A DNA stretch of 64,000 nt, taken from contig JAUIEZ010000004.1 of NCBI GenBank assembly GCA_030429665.1, positions 3,967 to 67,966 of the forward strand, written 5' to 3'. The translations under genes and the position numbers were made by a program. Source of the stretch: Gammaproteobacteria bacterium (GTDB lineage Bacteria > Pseudomonadota > Gammaproteobacteria > Arenicellales > CAJQKF01). The number at the start of each line of letters is the position of its first letter. The stretch's first letter is position 1. The notes under the pieces are model-generated. The model ran no database searches. It saw nothing but the letters and a program-made list of their open reading frames with translations, and was not told where the DNA came from. Of the stretch, positions 47,014 through 57,131 are shown piece by piece.

Positions 47014-47586
47014 CTATCCGAACAGCGCCTCGAGATCCACGTCGGCAGTTTCGGATTCGTCGAACTCGAGAAGCTTCGCCTGCCGGAATCCGAACTGGCG
47101 GGCGACGATCACGTCGGGGAATTGCTCGATGCGCACGTTGTTCTCGTTGACGCTGGCGTTGTACGTCTCGCGCCGGTCGGCAATCTGGTCCTCTAGGGAG
47201 CTGATGCGCGATTGCAGCTGCTGGAACGAGGCGTCCGCTTTCAGGTCGGGATAAGCCTCGGCGACCGCGAACAGCCCGCCGAGGCCGGCGCGCAGCGCCC
47301 CTTCGGCGACGCCCAGCGCGGCGACGTCGCCCGCGTCCCGGGCCCGCGACACCGCCGTGCGCGCGCGCATCACCTTTTCCAGCGTCTCCTGCTCGTACTG
47401 CATGTACTGCTTGCAGGTTTCCACCAGCTTGGGCAGTTCATCGTGGCGCTGCTTGAGCAGCACGTCGATGTTCGACCACGTCTTGTCCACCGCGTGCTTG
47501 AGCTTCACCAGGGCGTTGTATATGACGATGCCGTAGAGCACCGCCACCACGATGAGCGCGAGGATGACGATCAGGGCGATTTCCAT
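47014..47586 (-). CDS. LemA family protein
   Basis: N-terminal TM helix, then YNALVKLKHAVDKTWSNIDVLLKQRHDELPKLVE and the AEAYPDLKA motif. Confidence 0.85.
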   Translation of the reverse strand: MEIALIVILALIVVAVLYGIVIYNALVKLKHAVDKTWSNIDVLLKQRHDELPKLVETCKQYMQYEQETLEKVMRARTAVSRARDAGDVAALGVAEGALRAGLGGLFAVAEAYPDLKADASFQQLQSRISSLEDQIADRRETYNASVNENNVRIEQFPDVIVARQFGFRQAKLLEFDESETADVDLEALFG

Positions 47587-47741
47587 GGACGCGTTCCGAA
47601 GTTGCGCGGGAGGTCAATCCGGCGGCAACCGGGACGGCCGCGTCCGGCCCGGTTGCCGAGGCGCCCATTGTACGGGTTTTTCACCTGCCGAAAGCCGATA
47701 CGGCAAGATCGGTCAGGTCCGCCGGCCGCACCCGTGAAACA

Positions 47742-48647
47742 ATGGCGTGCATGCGGGATATCGTCACGGAAAGCTACCATCGCCGGATCGCCCGGGTGCT
47801 CGAGTTCATCGCCGCGCACCCCGACGGACCCCTGGACCTCGCCACGCTGTCCCGCGTGGCATGCTTTTCGCCTGCGCACTTTCATCGGATTTTTCGCGCC
47901 ATTACCGGGCTGCCGCTCGGCGAGACGGTCCAGAGGGTGCGCATGGAGTCGGCCGCGCTTGCGCTGCGCGAGAGCGACGAATCCGTCGTCGGCGTGGCGC
48001 TGGCCAACGGCTACGAATCGGCCGAGGCGTTTTCCCGCGCGTTTCGTCGCGTCTTTGGCGTGTCGCCCTCGGTGTACCGCCGCGGGCGCGGCGTATCGTC
48101 CAACCTGATCGCCGGCAGCCGCGTGTGTTTCGATGCCGCTCGCCGCGAAATCTACCTGCTCGACCTCGAGGAATCCGCCGCCATGAACGTCACCATCGAA
48201 CATCGTCCCGAAACGAAGTATGCCCGCGTGCGCCACGTCGGTCCCTACGGCGAGGTTGGCCGCGCCTTGAAGGTCTTGATGCGGTGGGCGGCGGAACGGG
48301 GCATCCCGGACATCACCTCGAAGTGGTTTACCCAGTCCTACGACGACCCCAGCAGCGTGCCCATGCAAGCGCTTCGCTCCGACGCCTGCCTCGTCCTCAC
48401 CGAAGACGCCGAAGGCGAGGGCGACGTGGTCGTCGAGACGCGGCCCGCGCGGCGCTACGCCGTCTACCTGCACGAGGGCTCCTACCGTGGCATCTCGGAA
48501 GCCTACCAGCGCCTGTTCGGCGGCTGGCTTCCCGAAAGCGGCGAAGAACTCGCCGACGCACCCTGCATGGAGGAGTATCTCGACGACCCGCGGGTGACGC
48601 CGGAGGCCGGGTTGCGCACGCACCTTTGCCTGCCGTTGGCGGATTGA
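47742..48647 (+). CDS. AraC family transcriptional regulator with GyrI-like effector-binding domain
   Basis: AraC HTH (FSPAHFHRIFRAITGLP...GYESAEAFSRAFRRVFGVSPSVYR) followed by a GyrI-like C-terminal half. Confidence 0.85.
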   Translation: MACMRDIVTESYHRRIARVLEFIAAHPDGPLDLATLSRVACFSPAHFHRIFRAITGLPLGETVQRVRMESAALALRESDESVVGVALANGYESAEAFSRAFRRVFGVSPSVYRRGRGVSSNLIAGSRVCFDAARREIYLLDLEESAAMNVTIEHRPETKYARVRHVGPYGEVGRALKVLMRWAAERGIPDITSKWFTQSYDDPSSVPMQALRSDACLVLTEDAEGEGDVVVETRPARRYAVYLHEGSYRGISEAYQRLFGGWLPESGEELADAPCMEEYLDDPRVTPEAGLRTHLCLPLAD

Positions 48648-48712
48648 ACGGCGGGAGTCGGGCGCCGTCGTGCAAGCGTGCCGGCTGCGGCGATAGAGGA
48701 CGTGGTTCTACT

Positions 48713-50059
48713 TCACCTGCGGTTGCCCAATGCGCGCACGATGCGCGGGTAGTACGCCATCAGCGTCGCCGCCCGCAGCACCATGAACGCCATCAGCCCC
48801 AGCCACAGCCCGTGGTTGCCGAGAAAAGCCACCGTCCACTGCATGACGGCGAGGTAGCCCAGCGTCGAGACGAGCATGGCGTTTCGCATCTCGGCGGTGC
48901 GGCTGGTGCCGATGAAGATGCCGTCCAACTGGAAACTCCACACCGACACGAGCGGTGAGATCGCCAGCCACGGCAGGTATGCGAGGGCATCGGCGCGTAC
49001 GCCGGGCAGATCGGAAAACAGGGCGATGAGCGTCTCGCCGAAGGTCCAGTAGACGATGCCCACCAGGACGCTCGTGCCCACTGCCCATTGTGTCGTTCGC
49101 ACGACGGCGAGGCGGAATCGCTCCCGTTCGCGGGCGCCATAGGCGCTGCCGCCGAGCGCCTCGACCGCGTGGGCGAAGCCGTCGAGGCCAAAGGAGGCAA
49201 TATTCTGGAAGTTCATCAGCACCGCGTTGGCGGCCAGCACGGCCTCGCCCAGGCGGGCGCCGAGCGCGGTGAAGTACGAGAACGAGAATACCAGGCACAG
49301 CGTGCGCACGAAGATGTCCGCGTTGGCACGCATCAGCACCAGCAGCGCCGCGGGATCGAGCAGGCGCGCGCGTTCCACGGGAAAACCGCCGATAAGCCGC
49401 CGCAGCAGGAATATCCCGGTGATGGCGGCAGCGTATTCGGCAATCAGCGACGCGGCGGCCGCGCCGGCGATGCCGAAGCCCAGCACCGGCACGAACAAGA
49501 GATCGAGGGCGACGTTGGTGAAGTTGAGCACCAGTTGCAGCACGAGCGCCGAACGGGTGTCGTGCATGCCGATCAACACGCCGGTCAGGGCATACACCGT
49601 CAATACCGCCGGCGCGCTCCAGATGCGTATCAGCACGTATTGCGACGCCAGTGCTTCGACCTCGACGCTGGACTCGAGCAGGGTGAAGGCGAGGCGGTCC
49701 AGCGGACGCTGCAGCAACACCACGATCAACCCGAATGCCACGGCGAGCAGTAACGCCCGCATCATGGTGTCGTGAATACCGTGGTGGTCGTTACGGCCGT
49801 AGTCCCGTGCCACGAAACCGGTGGTGCCCATGCGCAGGAAGCCGAAGCCCCAGTACAGGAAGCTGAACACGAGGGCGCCGAGCGCGATCGCGCCGAGAAA
49901 ATGCGGTCCGTCCAGGTGGCCCATGACCGCCGTGTCGACGGCGCCGACCAGGGGCACCGAGATGTTGGAAAGGATGATGGGGCCGGCGAGTCGCCAGACG
50001 TTGGCATGGGTGACGTCGTTGCTGGACGGCATCAACGGGGCTCCCGCTGTCGTGGGCAA
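48713..50059 (-). CDS. MATE family efflux transporter
   Basis: 448-aa 12-TM ORF with the MATE-type N-terminus WRLAGPIILSNISVPLVGAVDTAVMGHL. Confidence 0.85.
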   Translation of the reverse strand: MPTTAGAPLMPSSNDVTHANVWRLAGPIILSNISVPLVGAVDTAVMGHLDGPHFLGAIALGALVFSFLYWGFGFLRMGTTGFVARDYGRNDHHGIHDTMMRALLLAVAFGLIVVLLQRPLDRLAFTLLESSVEVEALASQYVLIRIWSAPAVLTVYALTGVLIGMHDTRSALVLQLVLNFTNVALDLLFVPVLGFGIAGAAAASLIAEYAAAITGIFLLRRLIGGFPVERARLLDPAALLVLMRANADIFVRTLCLVFSFSYFTALGARLGEAVLAANAVLMNFQNIASFGLDGFAHAVEALGGSAYGARERERFRLAVVRTTQWAVGTSVLVGIVYWTFGETLIALFSDLPGVRADALAYLPWLAISPLVSVWSFQLDGIFIGTSRTAEMRNAMLVSTLGYLAVMQWTVAFLGNHGLWLGLMAFMVLRAATLMAYYPRIVRALGNRR

Positions 50060-50211
50060 GATGAGGGCTTGTTGCCGGTCGCGATGCCGGCTGCCGGCGA
50101 CACCGGCGGCCCGGTATAATAGCGCCTGCGCAGGTCGCCGTGGGGAGTGTCGAATGGCACTCGTGTCGCTCCCCTCACCGTCCCGTTACCCGCCAATTCG
50201 CCGGTATCTTC

Positions 50212-52083
50212 GTGTTGCAAAGACTCTTTGCGTGGCTGGAGGGGCTGTCCGATCCGTTCCCCGAGGCGCTGCCCGGGAAACCGCCGGTCACCCTGCCGGG
50301 CTTCGTCATTCATTATTCCAGGCCGTTCTGGCCGCTGCTGCTGGCCGCGTCGGTCCTTTCCGCGGTGGTCGCCATCCTGGAGGTCTGGTTGTTCTCCTTC
50401 GTCGGCAACCTGGTGGACTGGCTGGCAAGCGCCGATCGCGCGACGTTCTGGTCCGATCACGCGTTGGAGTTGACCGGCATGGGATTGCTGGTGCTGGTGT
50501 TCCTGCCCCTTCTCAAGCTGTTCTACGAGTCGATTCATCACCAGGGGCTGCTCGGCAACTTCGCCATGCGTATCCGCTGGCAGGCGCACCGCTACCTGCT
50601 GCGCCAGAGCGTGGCCTTCTACCAGGACGACTTCGCCGGTCGCGTGGCCACCAAGGTAATGCAAACTGCACTGGGTATCCGCGACACGGTGATGCGGGCG
50701 ACAGAGGTTCTGCTGTACGTGGGCGTCTACTTTACCGCCGCGGTGTTCCTGTTCGCGGCCAGCGACCTTCGGCTTACCGCGCCGATGATCGCCTGGTTTG
50801 TCGGATACCTGCTGACCTTGCGCTACTTCGTGCCGCGCCTGCGCGACATCTCCCGCGAGCAGGCCGAGGTGCGATCGGTCGTCACCGGCCGCGTGGTAGA
50901 CAGCTACACCAACATCGCCACGGTGAAGATGTTCGCCCACACCGAGTACGAGGATGCCTACGCCCGCGAGGGCATGGACGCTTTCCTGGACAACGTGTAC
51001 CGGCAGATGCGCATGGTCACGAAACTGACCATGACGTTGAACGTCATGAACAGCCTGTTGTTGTTCTCGGTGGCGGGCACCGCGATCTGGTTGTGGCAGG
51101 TTGGCGCGGTAACCATCGGGGCGATCGCCTTCGCGGTGGGACTGGTCCTGAGATTGCAGGGCATGTCGCAGTGGATCCTGTGGGAGGTGGCGGGGCTGTT
51201 CGAGAACATTGGCGTGGTGCAGGACGGTATCGATACCATCGCCCGCGATCGCGCCGTGGTCGACGCGCCCGGCGCGAGAACCCTCGAGGTGAACCGCGGT
51301 GACATCGAGTTCCGGGACATTCATTTCAACTACGGCAAGCACCGGGGCGACATCGGCCGCGGGGTGATCGACGGCCTGTCGCTGTCCGTGGCGCCCGGGG
51401 AGAAGGTGGGTATCGTCGGACGGTCGGGCGCGGGCAAGTCGACCATCGTCAGCCTGCTCCTTCGCTTTCACGATCTCGAGAGCGGACGGATTCTCATCGA
51501 CGAGCAGGACATCGCCGACGTCACGCAGGAAAGCCTGCGGGCGAAGATCGGCATGGTCACCCAGGACACCTCGCTGCTGCACCGCTCCGTGTTCGAGAAC
51601 ATCGCCTATGGGCGCAACGACTGCAGTCGCGAGCAGGTGGAGACGGCGGCGCGCCGCGCGCACGCCCACGAGTTCATCCTCGGACTCGCCGACTCCCGGG
51701 GCCGGCACGGTTACGAGGCGCACGTCGGCGAGCGCGGGGTCAAGCTTTCCGGCGGCCAGCGCCAGCGTATCGCCATCGCCCGGGTGCTGCTCAAGGACGC
51801 GCCCATCCTGGTGCTCGACGAGGCGACCAGCGCGCTCGACTCGGAGGTGGAGGCGGCGATACAAGAGAGTCTCTACAGCCTGATGTCGGGCAAGACGGTG
51901 ATCGCCATCGCCCACCGTCTGTCCACCATCGCCGCCATGGACAGGCTGGTCGTCATGGATCGTGGCGCCATCGTGGAGCAGGGTACGCACCGCTCGCTAC
52001 TGGCCGCCGGCGGGCTTTATGCGAGCCTCTGGGCGCGCCAGTCCGGCGGATTCATCGCACAAGACGCGGCGGTCAACGGGTAG
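50212..52083 (+). CDS. ABC exporter, fused transmembrane and ATP-binding domains
   Basis: Six-TM N-half, Walker A GRSGAGKST, signature LSGGQRQRIAIAR, Walker B ILVLDEATSALD. The probable start is GTG 50212 (VLQRLFAWLEGLSDPFP). The track start is 50140. Confidence 0.85.
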   Translation: MLQRLFAWLEGLSDPFPEALPGKPPVTLPGFVIHYSRPFWPLLLAASVLSAVVAILEVWLFSFVGNLVDWLASADRATFWSDHALELTGMGLLVLVFLPLLKLFYESIHHQGLLGNFAMRIRWQAHRYLLRQSVAFYQDDFAGRVATKVMQTALGIRDTVMRATEVLLYVGVYFTAAVFLFAASDLRLTAPMIAWFVGYLLTLRYFVPRLRDISREQAEVRSVVTGRVVDSYTNIATVKMFAHTEYEDAYAREGMDAFLDNVYRQMRMVTKLTMTLNVMNSLLLFSVAGTAIWLWQVGAVTIGAIAFAVGLVLRLQGMSQWILWEVAGLFENIGVVQDGIDTIARDRAVVDAPGARTLEVNRGDIEFRDIHFNYGKHRGDIGRGVIDGLSLSVAPGEKVGIVGRSGAGKSTIVSLLLRFHDLESGRILIDEQDIADVTQESLRAKIGMVTQDTSLLHRSVFENIAYGRNDCSREQVETAARRAHAHEFILGLADSRGRHGYEAHVGERGVKLSGGQRQRIAIARVLLKDAPILVLDEATSALDSEVEAAIQESLYSLMSGKTVIAIAHRLSTIAAMDRLVVMDRGAIVEQGTHRSLLAAGGLYASLWARQSGGFIAQDAAVNG

Positions 52084-52209
52084 CGGCACGACAAATGTCG
52101 CGGGTGGGATGATCGTTGGTGTAGCGACAAACGAATACACGACCGGTAAGGTTATAATCGGCAGTTGATTCAACGCGCCACCCGGTCGCCGACGCCGGAC
52201 GAAAACCGC

Positions 52210-53193
52210 ATGCGAAAAACCATACCGATCGTCGCGAGTCTGTTCGCCGCCGCTGCCGGCGCCGACGGTGCGCTCAACGAAGGGCTGAACATCACCAACC
52301 GCAATCCCTTCCTGGGGCTGTACGGCGTCTCTTCCCAGCAGCCGTCGGTGATGCCCTCGGACGGGGCGTACCACGGGGACGTCCAAGTCGAGATCTACAA
52401 CAGTTTCACCGGCGACGATGGTGACGGAGACTCCATTTTCATCGACGGCGAGAGCACCTACGCGACGTTCAACCTGCGGCGCGGTTTCGGCAATGGCTGG
52501 GCCGGGGGCCTGGAGATTCCGGTAGTGCATCACGACGGCGGCTTCCTGGACGGCATCGTCGAGGACTGGCACGATCTCGTGGGCCTTGACGCGTCCAGCC
52601 GCGAGAGCTTTCCAAGGGACCAGCTCGCCTACCGCTACCTGCGTGGGGGCACCACCCGCGCCGAGGTGGACGAATCGCTCACCGGCATCGGCGACGTTCG
52701 TATGCACCTGGGCAAGCGGCTGTTGCAAGACGGTGAGCGCACCGCCTCGGCATGGTTGCAGCTCAAGCTTCCCACCGGCGAGGCCGAGGACCTGACCGGC
52801 AGTGGCGCCGTCGACGTCGCCGCGCGTATCCAGGGTAGTACCCGCGCAGGGCGTTACACCACGTTCTACGGCGGGGTCGGCGTGGCCTATCTCGGCGAGG
52901 GCGACCTGTTGCCCGAGATGCAGGAAGACTGGGCCGGCAGCCTGACGCTCGGGCTGTCGTGGCAGCGCTGGTCGAAGGTCGCGCTCAAGCTGCAAGTCGA
53001 CGCCCAGAGCGCGTTGTACGACGACACCACGCTGCGCCAGATTGGTGACACCGCCGCCCAGCTCAGCATCGGCGGCAGCTTCTTCGTCGGCAAACGTACT
53101 ATCCTGGACGTCGCCGTCGTCGAGAACGAGTGGAAGGGCGCGGCGTCGCCGGATGTCGGCTTTCATTTCCGGCTGCGCCGGGTTATCGAATAG
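52210..53193 (+). CDS. putative outer-membrane protein, DUF3187-like
   Basis: ATG 52210 with signal peptide MRKTIPIVASLFAAAAGA. Alternating beta-strand-like pattern. The family assignment is from memory only. Confidence 0.5.
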   Translation: MRKTIPIVASLFAAAAGADGALNEGLNITNRNPFLGLYGVSSQQPSVMPSDGAYHGDVQVEIYNSFTGDDGDGDSIFIDGESTYATFNLRRGFGNGWAGGLEIPVVHHDGGFLDGIVEDWHDLVGLDASSRESFPRDQLAYRYLRGGTTRAEVDESLTGIGDVRMHLGKRLLQDGERTASAWLQLKLPTGEAEDLTGSGAVDVAARIQGSTRAGRYTTFYGGVGVAYLGEGDLLPEMQEDWAGSLTLGLSWQRWSKVALKLQVDAQSALYDDTTLRQIGDTAAQLSIGGSFFVGKRTILDVAVVENEWKGAASPDVGFHFRLRRVIE

Positions 53194-53265
53194 GACGCCA
53201 CCGGTATCACGCAGGGGACGCCGCTCGATACTGCTCCCGGTCTGTGCGTGAGCGACCGCCGGGCG

Positions 53266-55950
53266 CTAGATCAGGTGCCGCCTCACCTGCACCACGCTCA
53301 TGTCATCGCCGCCGCGCGCCACGCGGAATCCGAGCCGTTCGGTGAGCGCCAGCATCTTGCGGTTGGTAGCCAGCACCTCGCCCTCCATGATGTCGATGCC
53401 GCGGTCGCGCGCCACGGCCATCAGGCGGCGCATCAACTGCTGCCCGATTCCCTGGCGCTGGTGTTCGTCGGACACCGTCAGGGCGAATTCGCACGACGCC
53501 TTGTCCGGGTTGGTGACATAGCGCGCCACGCCGAGCATTTCGGCCGCGTCGCTCCCGTCGTCGACCACCGCCACCAGCGCCATTTCGCGGTCGTAGTCGA
53601 TCTGCGTGAAGCGCGCCAGCATCAACGGCGTCAACTTTTCGAGTTTTTGCATGAATCGAAAATAACGGCTCTCTTCGGAGAGGTTTTCGACGAACGCCTT
53701 CTCGATTTCCGCGTCCTCGGGGCGGATGGGACGGATCACGACCTCGGTACCGTTCGGAAGCTGCCAGTTTCCGACCAGCTCGGTGGGGTAGGGATGGATG
53801 GCCATGTGGCCATAGCGATCGATGTTGTTCGATGGCGGCGCCACGACCACGCGGGCGTCCACGGCGATCACGCCGTCTTCGTCGACCAGCAGCGGGTTGA
53901 TGTCCAGTTCCAGGATCTCGGGCAAGGCGCAAGCCATCTCCGAGACACGCTGCAGGACGTTCAGCAGCGCCTCGTGGTCGGCGCGCGGCAGGTTGCGGAA
54001 ACGGTCGAGGAATCGCGCCATGCGCGTGGCGCCGATCAATTCGCGACCCAGGTATTCGTTGAGCGGCGGTAACGCGACCTGGTTGTCGGCAAACACTTCA
54101 ACCGCGGTACCGCCGGCGCCGAAGCTGATTACCGGTCCGAACACCGCGTCGCGCGTGATGCCTACCATGATCTCGCGCGCGTTGGGCCGTTCCATCATCG
54201 GTTCGATGGTCACGCCGATGATCCGGGCGTTCGGCGCCACGCGAGCGACCGAATCCATCATCTCCCGGTAGGCCGTGCGTACCGTGCGAGGCTCGCGGAT
54301 GTTGAGCCGGACCCCGCCGACGTCCGACTTGTGGGTGATGTCCGGCGAATTGATTTTCATCGCCACCGGCAGACCCAGCGTTTCCGCGGCGACCAGCGCG
54401 TCGGCAGCCGAGTTCACCGTCATCGAGGGCGCGGTGGGAATGTGAAACGCGTTCAGGATCGCGCGCGATTCCGGCGAACTGAGAAGCTCGCGCCGCTCAC
54501 CGATGGCATTCTCGATGATCAATTGCGCACCTTCCACGTCGGGCTCGCGATGCGTCGACAACGGTCCCGGCGCCTGCAGCAGCGCCGCCTGGTTTCGCCG
54601 GTAGCTGGCCAGGTAGCCGAACGCGTTCACGCCTGCCTCGGGACTGCGGAAGTTGGGTATGCCGGCGGCCGAGAACAGGCGCCGGCCCTGCGCCACCAGC
54701 GACTCGCCCATCCAGCACGCGAGCACCGGCTTGGCGTGTTTCTTCGAAGCCTCGATCACCGCTTCGGCGCACGCCGTGGGGTTGGTCATCGCCTGCGGCG
54801 TCAGCAGCACCAGCAGGCCGTCCACGCCGTGGTCCGAGAGAATGATGTCGGCGGCGGCGCCGTAGCGCGCGGGGTCGGCGTCGCCGAGGATGTCCACCGG
54901 ATCGCTGTGCGACCAGAACGGCGGCAACACCTTGCCGAGCGCCGCGATACTGGCTTCAGACAGCTCGGCCAGGGGCACGTTGAGATCGCTGGCGCGGTCG
55001 GCGGCCATCACGCCGGGTCCGCCGCCGTTGGTGACGATCGCCAGGCGCGGTCCCTCCACGCGCGTCCCCGAGGCGAGAATGGTCGCCGCGCTCAGCAGCT
55101 CGCCCACCGAGTGAACGCGAACCGCGCCGGCGCGGTGGATCGCGGCGTCGAACACCCGGTCGGAGCCGACCAGGGCCCCGGTATGGGATACGGCCGCCCG
55201 CGTTCCGATGTCGCTGCGGCCGGACTTCACCACGATGACGGGTTTCAATCGAGCCGCCACGCGCAGGCCGGACAGGAAGCTTCGCGCATCGGTAATGCCT
55301 TCGACGTAGAGAAGGATGCTGCGGGTCTGATGATCCACGGCAAGGTAATCGAGCACCTGGCCGAAACCGATGTCCGCGGTGGCGCCCAGGGAGGCGACCG
55401 CGGAGAAGCCGAAACCTTCGTGGTCCGCCCAGTCCAGGAGCGCCGTGCAGAACGCGCCGGATTGCGCTACCAGGGCGACGTGTCCGTCGCGCGCGCCGCT
55501 ACGGGCGAAGGTGGCGTTCAGACCGATTCCCGGCCGCATGATGCCCAGGCAATTCGGGCCAACCAGCGGAATGCCATGGGTGCGCGCGATATCGACGATC
55601 TCGCGCTGGCGAGCGACACCCGCCTTGCCGGTCTCGCCGAATCCCGCCGAAAGCACCAGTGCCGCCTGTACGCCGTGCTCGCCGGCCTCGCGCATGACGC
55701 CGGCGATATGCCTGGCGGGTATGGCGATGACGGCCAGGTCGACGGGGCGGTCGATGGCGCTGATCGAGCGGAAGGCCGGCAGGCCCTGGACGGTATCATG
55801 GGCAGGATTGACCGGGTAGATGGCCCCCTTGAACCCGCCTTGAACGAGGTTGTACAGCACCTGGTGGCCCACGCTGCCCTCGCGCTCGCTGGCGCCGATC
55901 ACGGCGATGGAGGAAGGCTCGAAGACTTTGTTGAGAAAATGGCCTTGCAT
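53266..55950 (-). CDS. Pat-type protein lysine acetyltransferase (acetyl-CoA synthetase (ADP-forming)-like domains + C-terminal GNAT)
   Basis: 894 aa. N-terminus FEPSSIAVIGASEREGSVGHQVL (CoA-binding), ATP-grasp middle, and C-terminal GNAT motif HQRQGIGQQLMRRL. Confidence 0.85.
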   Translation of the reverse strand: MQGHFLNKVFEPSSIAVIGASEREGSVGHQVLYNLVQGGFKGAIYPVNPAHDTVQGLPAFRSISAIDRPVDLAVIAIPARHIAGVMREAGEHGVQAALVLSAGFGETGKAGVARQREIVDIARTHGIPLVGPNCLGIMRPGIGLNATFARSGARDGHVALVAQSGAFCTALLDWADHEGFGFSAVASLGATADIGFGQVLDYLAVDHQTRSILLYVEGITDARSFLSGLRVAARLKPVIVVKSGRSDIGTRAAVSHTGALVGSDRVFDAAIHRAGAVRVHSVGELLSAATILASGTRVEGPRLAIVTNGGGPGVMAADRASDLNVPLAELSEASIAALGKVLPPFWSHSDPVDILGDADPARYGAAADIILSDHGVDGLLVLLTPQAMTNPTACAEAVIEASKKHAKPVLACWMGESLVAQGRRLFSAAGIPNFRSPEAGVNAFGYLASYRRNQAALLQAPGPLSTHREPDVEGAQLIIENAIGERRELLSSPESRAILNAFHIPTAPSMTVNSAADALVAAETLGLPVAMKINSPDITHKSDVGGVRLNIREPRTVRTAYREMMDSVARVAPNARIIGVTIEPMMERPNAREIMVGITRDAVFGPVISFGAGGTAVEVFADNQVALPPLNEYLGRELIGATRMARFLDRFRNLPRADHEALLNVLQRVSEMACALPEILELDINPLLVDEDGVIAVDARVVVAPPSNNIDRYGHMAIHPYPTELVGNWQLPNGTEVVIRPIRPEDAEIEKAFVENLSEESRYFRFMQKLEKLTPLMLARFTQIDYDREMALVAVVDDGSDAAEMLGVARYVTNPDKASCEFALTVSDEHQRQGIGQQLMRRLMAVARDRGIDIMEGEVLATNRKMLALTERLGFRVARGGDDMSVVQVRRHLI

Positions 55951-56092
55951 GAGGATTCGGTCCGGGGCAGATGGGCGCGCGGCTCAACCGGCGCGCGGGT
56001 ATCGAAGGTGCACATGATATGAGCACAACCATGCGTTATGTTGCGCTGCATCAAATTTCGAATCAAGTGTTTCGGCTATATTTTCAATCGTC

Positions 56093-57016
56093 ATGACTAT
56101 CGCAATCATCTCGCATCCCGACTGCGGAGCGCACCAGGCCGGTACGCACCACCCGGAAGACCCGCTACGATTGTCCTTCATCAACGATCGCCTGATCGCC
56201 TCCGGCCTGTCCATGGCCGTGCAGGAATTCGACGCACCCGAGGCGACCCGGGAGCAGATCCTGCGCGTCCACGATGCCGCCTATTTCGACGCGCTGCTGG
56301 CCAAGGTTCCGGCCAACGGTCTTATTTGGGTGGACGAGGATACCGCTATGAACCCGGGAACGGGTCAAGCCATGCTGCGGGCCGCCGGTGCCGGCGTACT
56401 GGGGGTGGATTTGGTCATGGAAGGGCGCGCCCGGCAAGTCTTCTGCGCCGTGCGCCCGCCCGGGCACCACGCGGGCCGGGCGCGCGCCATGGGGTTCTGC
56501 TTCCTGAACAACGTGGCTATTGCCGCCTACCACGCCATCGAGGCCCATGGCCTCTCGCGGATCGCCATAGCAGACTTCGACGTCCACCACGGCAACGGCA
56601 CCGACGAAATCGTTGGCGGCGACCCGCGCATCCTGTTCCTGTCCACCTTCGAACATCCGTCCTATCCGCACAGCGGTTTCGGCGCCTGTGCCGACAACGT
56701 GATCAACGTGCCGTTGCCCGCCGGTACCACGGGGAGTGAATTCCGCGACGCGGTGCGCGAACGATGGCTGGGCGCGCTCGATGACTTCGCGCCCCAGTTG
56801 ATCCTGGTGTCGGCGGGTTTCGACGGTCACCAGGCCGACATCATGGCGAATTTCAACCTGCGCGACGAAGACTACGGGTGGGTGACCCGGGAACTCATGG
56901 CGGTTGCCCATCGCCACAGCGCCGGCCGCATCGTTTCGATGCTCGAAGGGGGCTACCACCTGCGTGCCCTGGCTGGTTCGGTCGAGGCACACATCCGCGC
57001 TTTCCTGGAGTACTGA
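56093..57016 (+). CDS. histone deacetylase-family (Zn-dependent) deacetylase / amidohydrolase
   Basis: Catalytic motifs RPPGHHA, DFDVHHGNGT, SAGFDGH and EGGY. Confidence 0.9.
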   Translation: MTIAIISHPDCGAHQAGTHHPEDPLRLSFINDRLIASGLSMAVQEFDAPEATREQILRVHDAAYFDALLAKVPANGLIWVDEDTAMNPGTGQAMLRAAGAGVLGVDLVMEGRARQVFCAVRPPGHHAGRARAMGFCFLNNVAIAAYHAIEAHGLSRIAIADFDVHHGNGTDEIVGGDPRILFLSTFEHPSYPHSGFGACADNVINVPLPAGTTGSEFRDAVRERWLGALDDFAPQLILVSAGFDGHQADIMANFNLRDEDYGWVTRELMAVAHRHSAGRIVSMLEGGYHLRALAGSVEAHIRAFLEY

Positions 57017-57131
57017 CCCTCCAGGTTGCCGGCGCCGGTCACGGTGCCGCGGAACACATCGCCTGACGTTTTCTTGCTTGTGCGTGCGCTTTCAGGCATT
57101 CTTCGGAAAATACGCATAAGTACGACACGTC

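Noticed and set aside
35-56022. Very long ORFs in the track, including 35..1300 +, 5266..7527 +, 12120..13772 -, 17448..20957 + (1169 aa), 21425..23842 +, 26001..27368 -, 27741..29273 -, 36525..38819 +, 44855..46819 +, 50032..51990 - and 54331..56022 +.
   Set aside because: Each lies antisense to, or out of frame with, a gene that has clear family motifs. Their translations are low-complexity Arg/Gly/Ala/Pro-rich strings with no motifs. Stop-codon depletion in non-coding frames is expected in high-GC DNA.
57017-57131. Possible Moco/Wco riboswitch in the tupB leader.
   Set aside because: The 115-nt leader is shorter than the typical motif. I could not find the conserved paired elements, only short imperfect repeats. 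A covariance-model search would be needed to exclude it formally.
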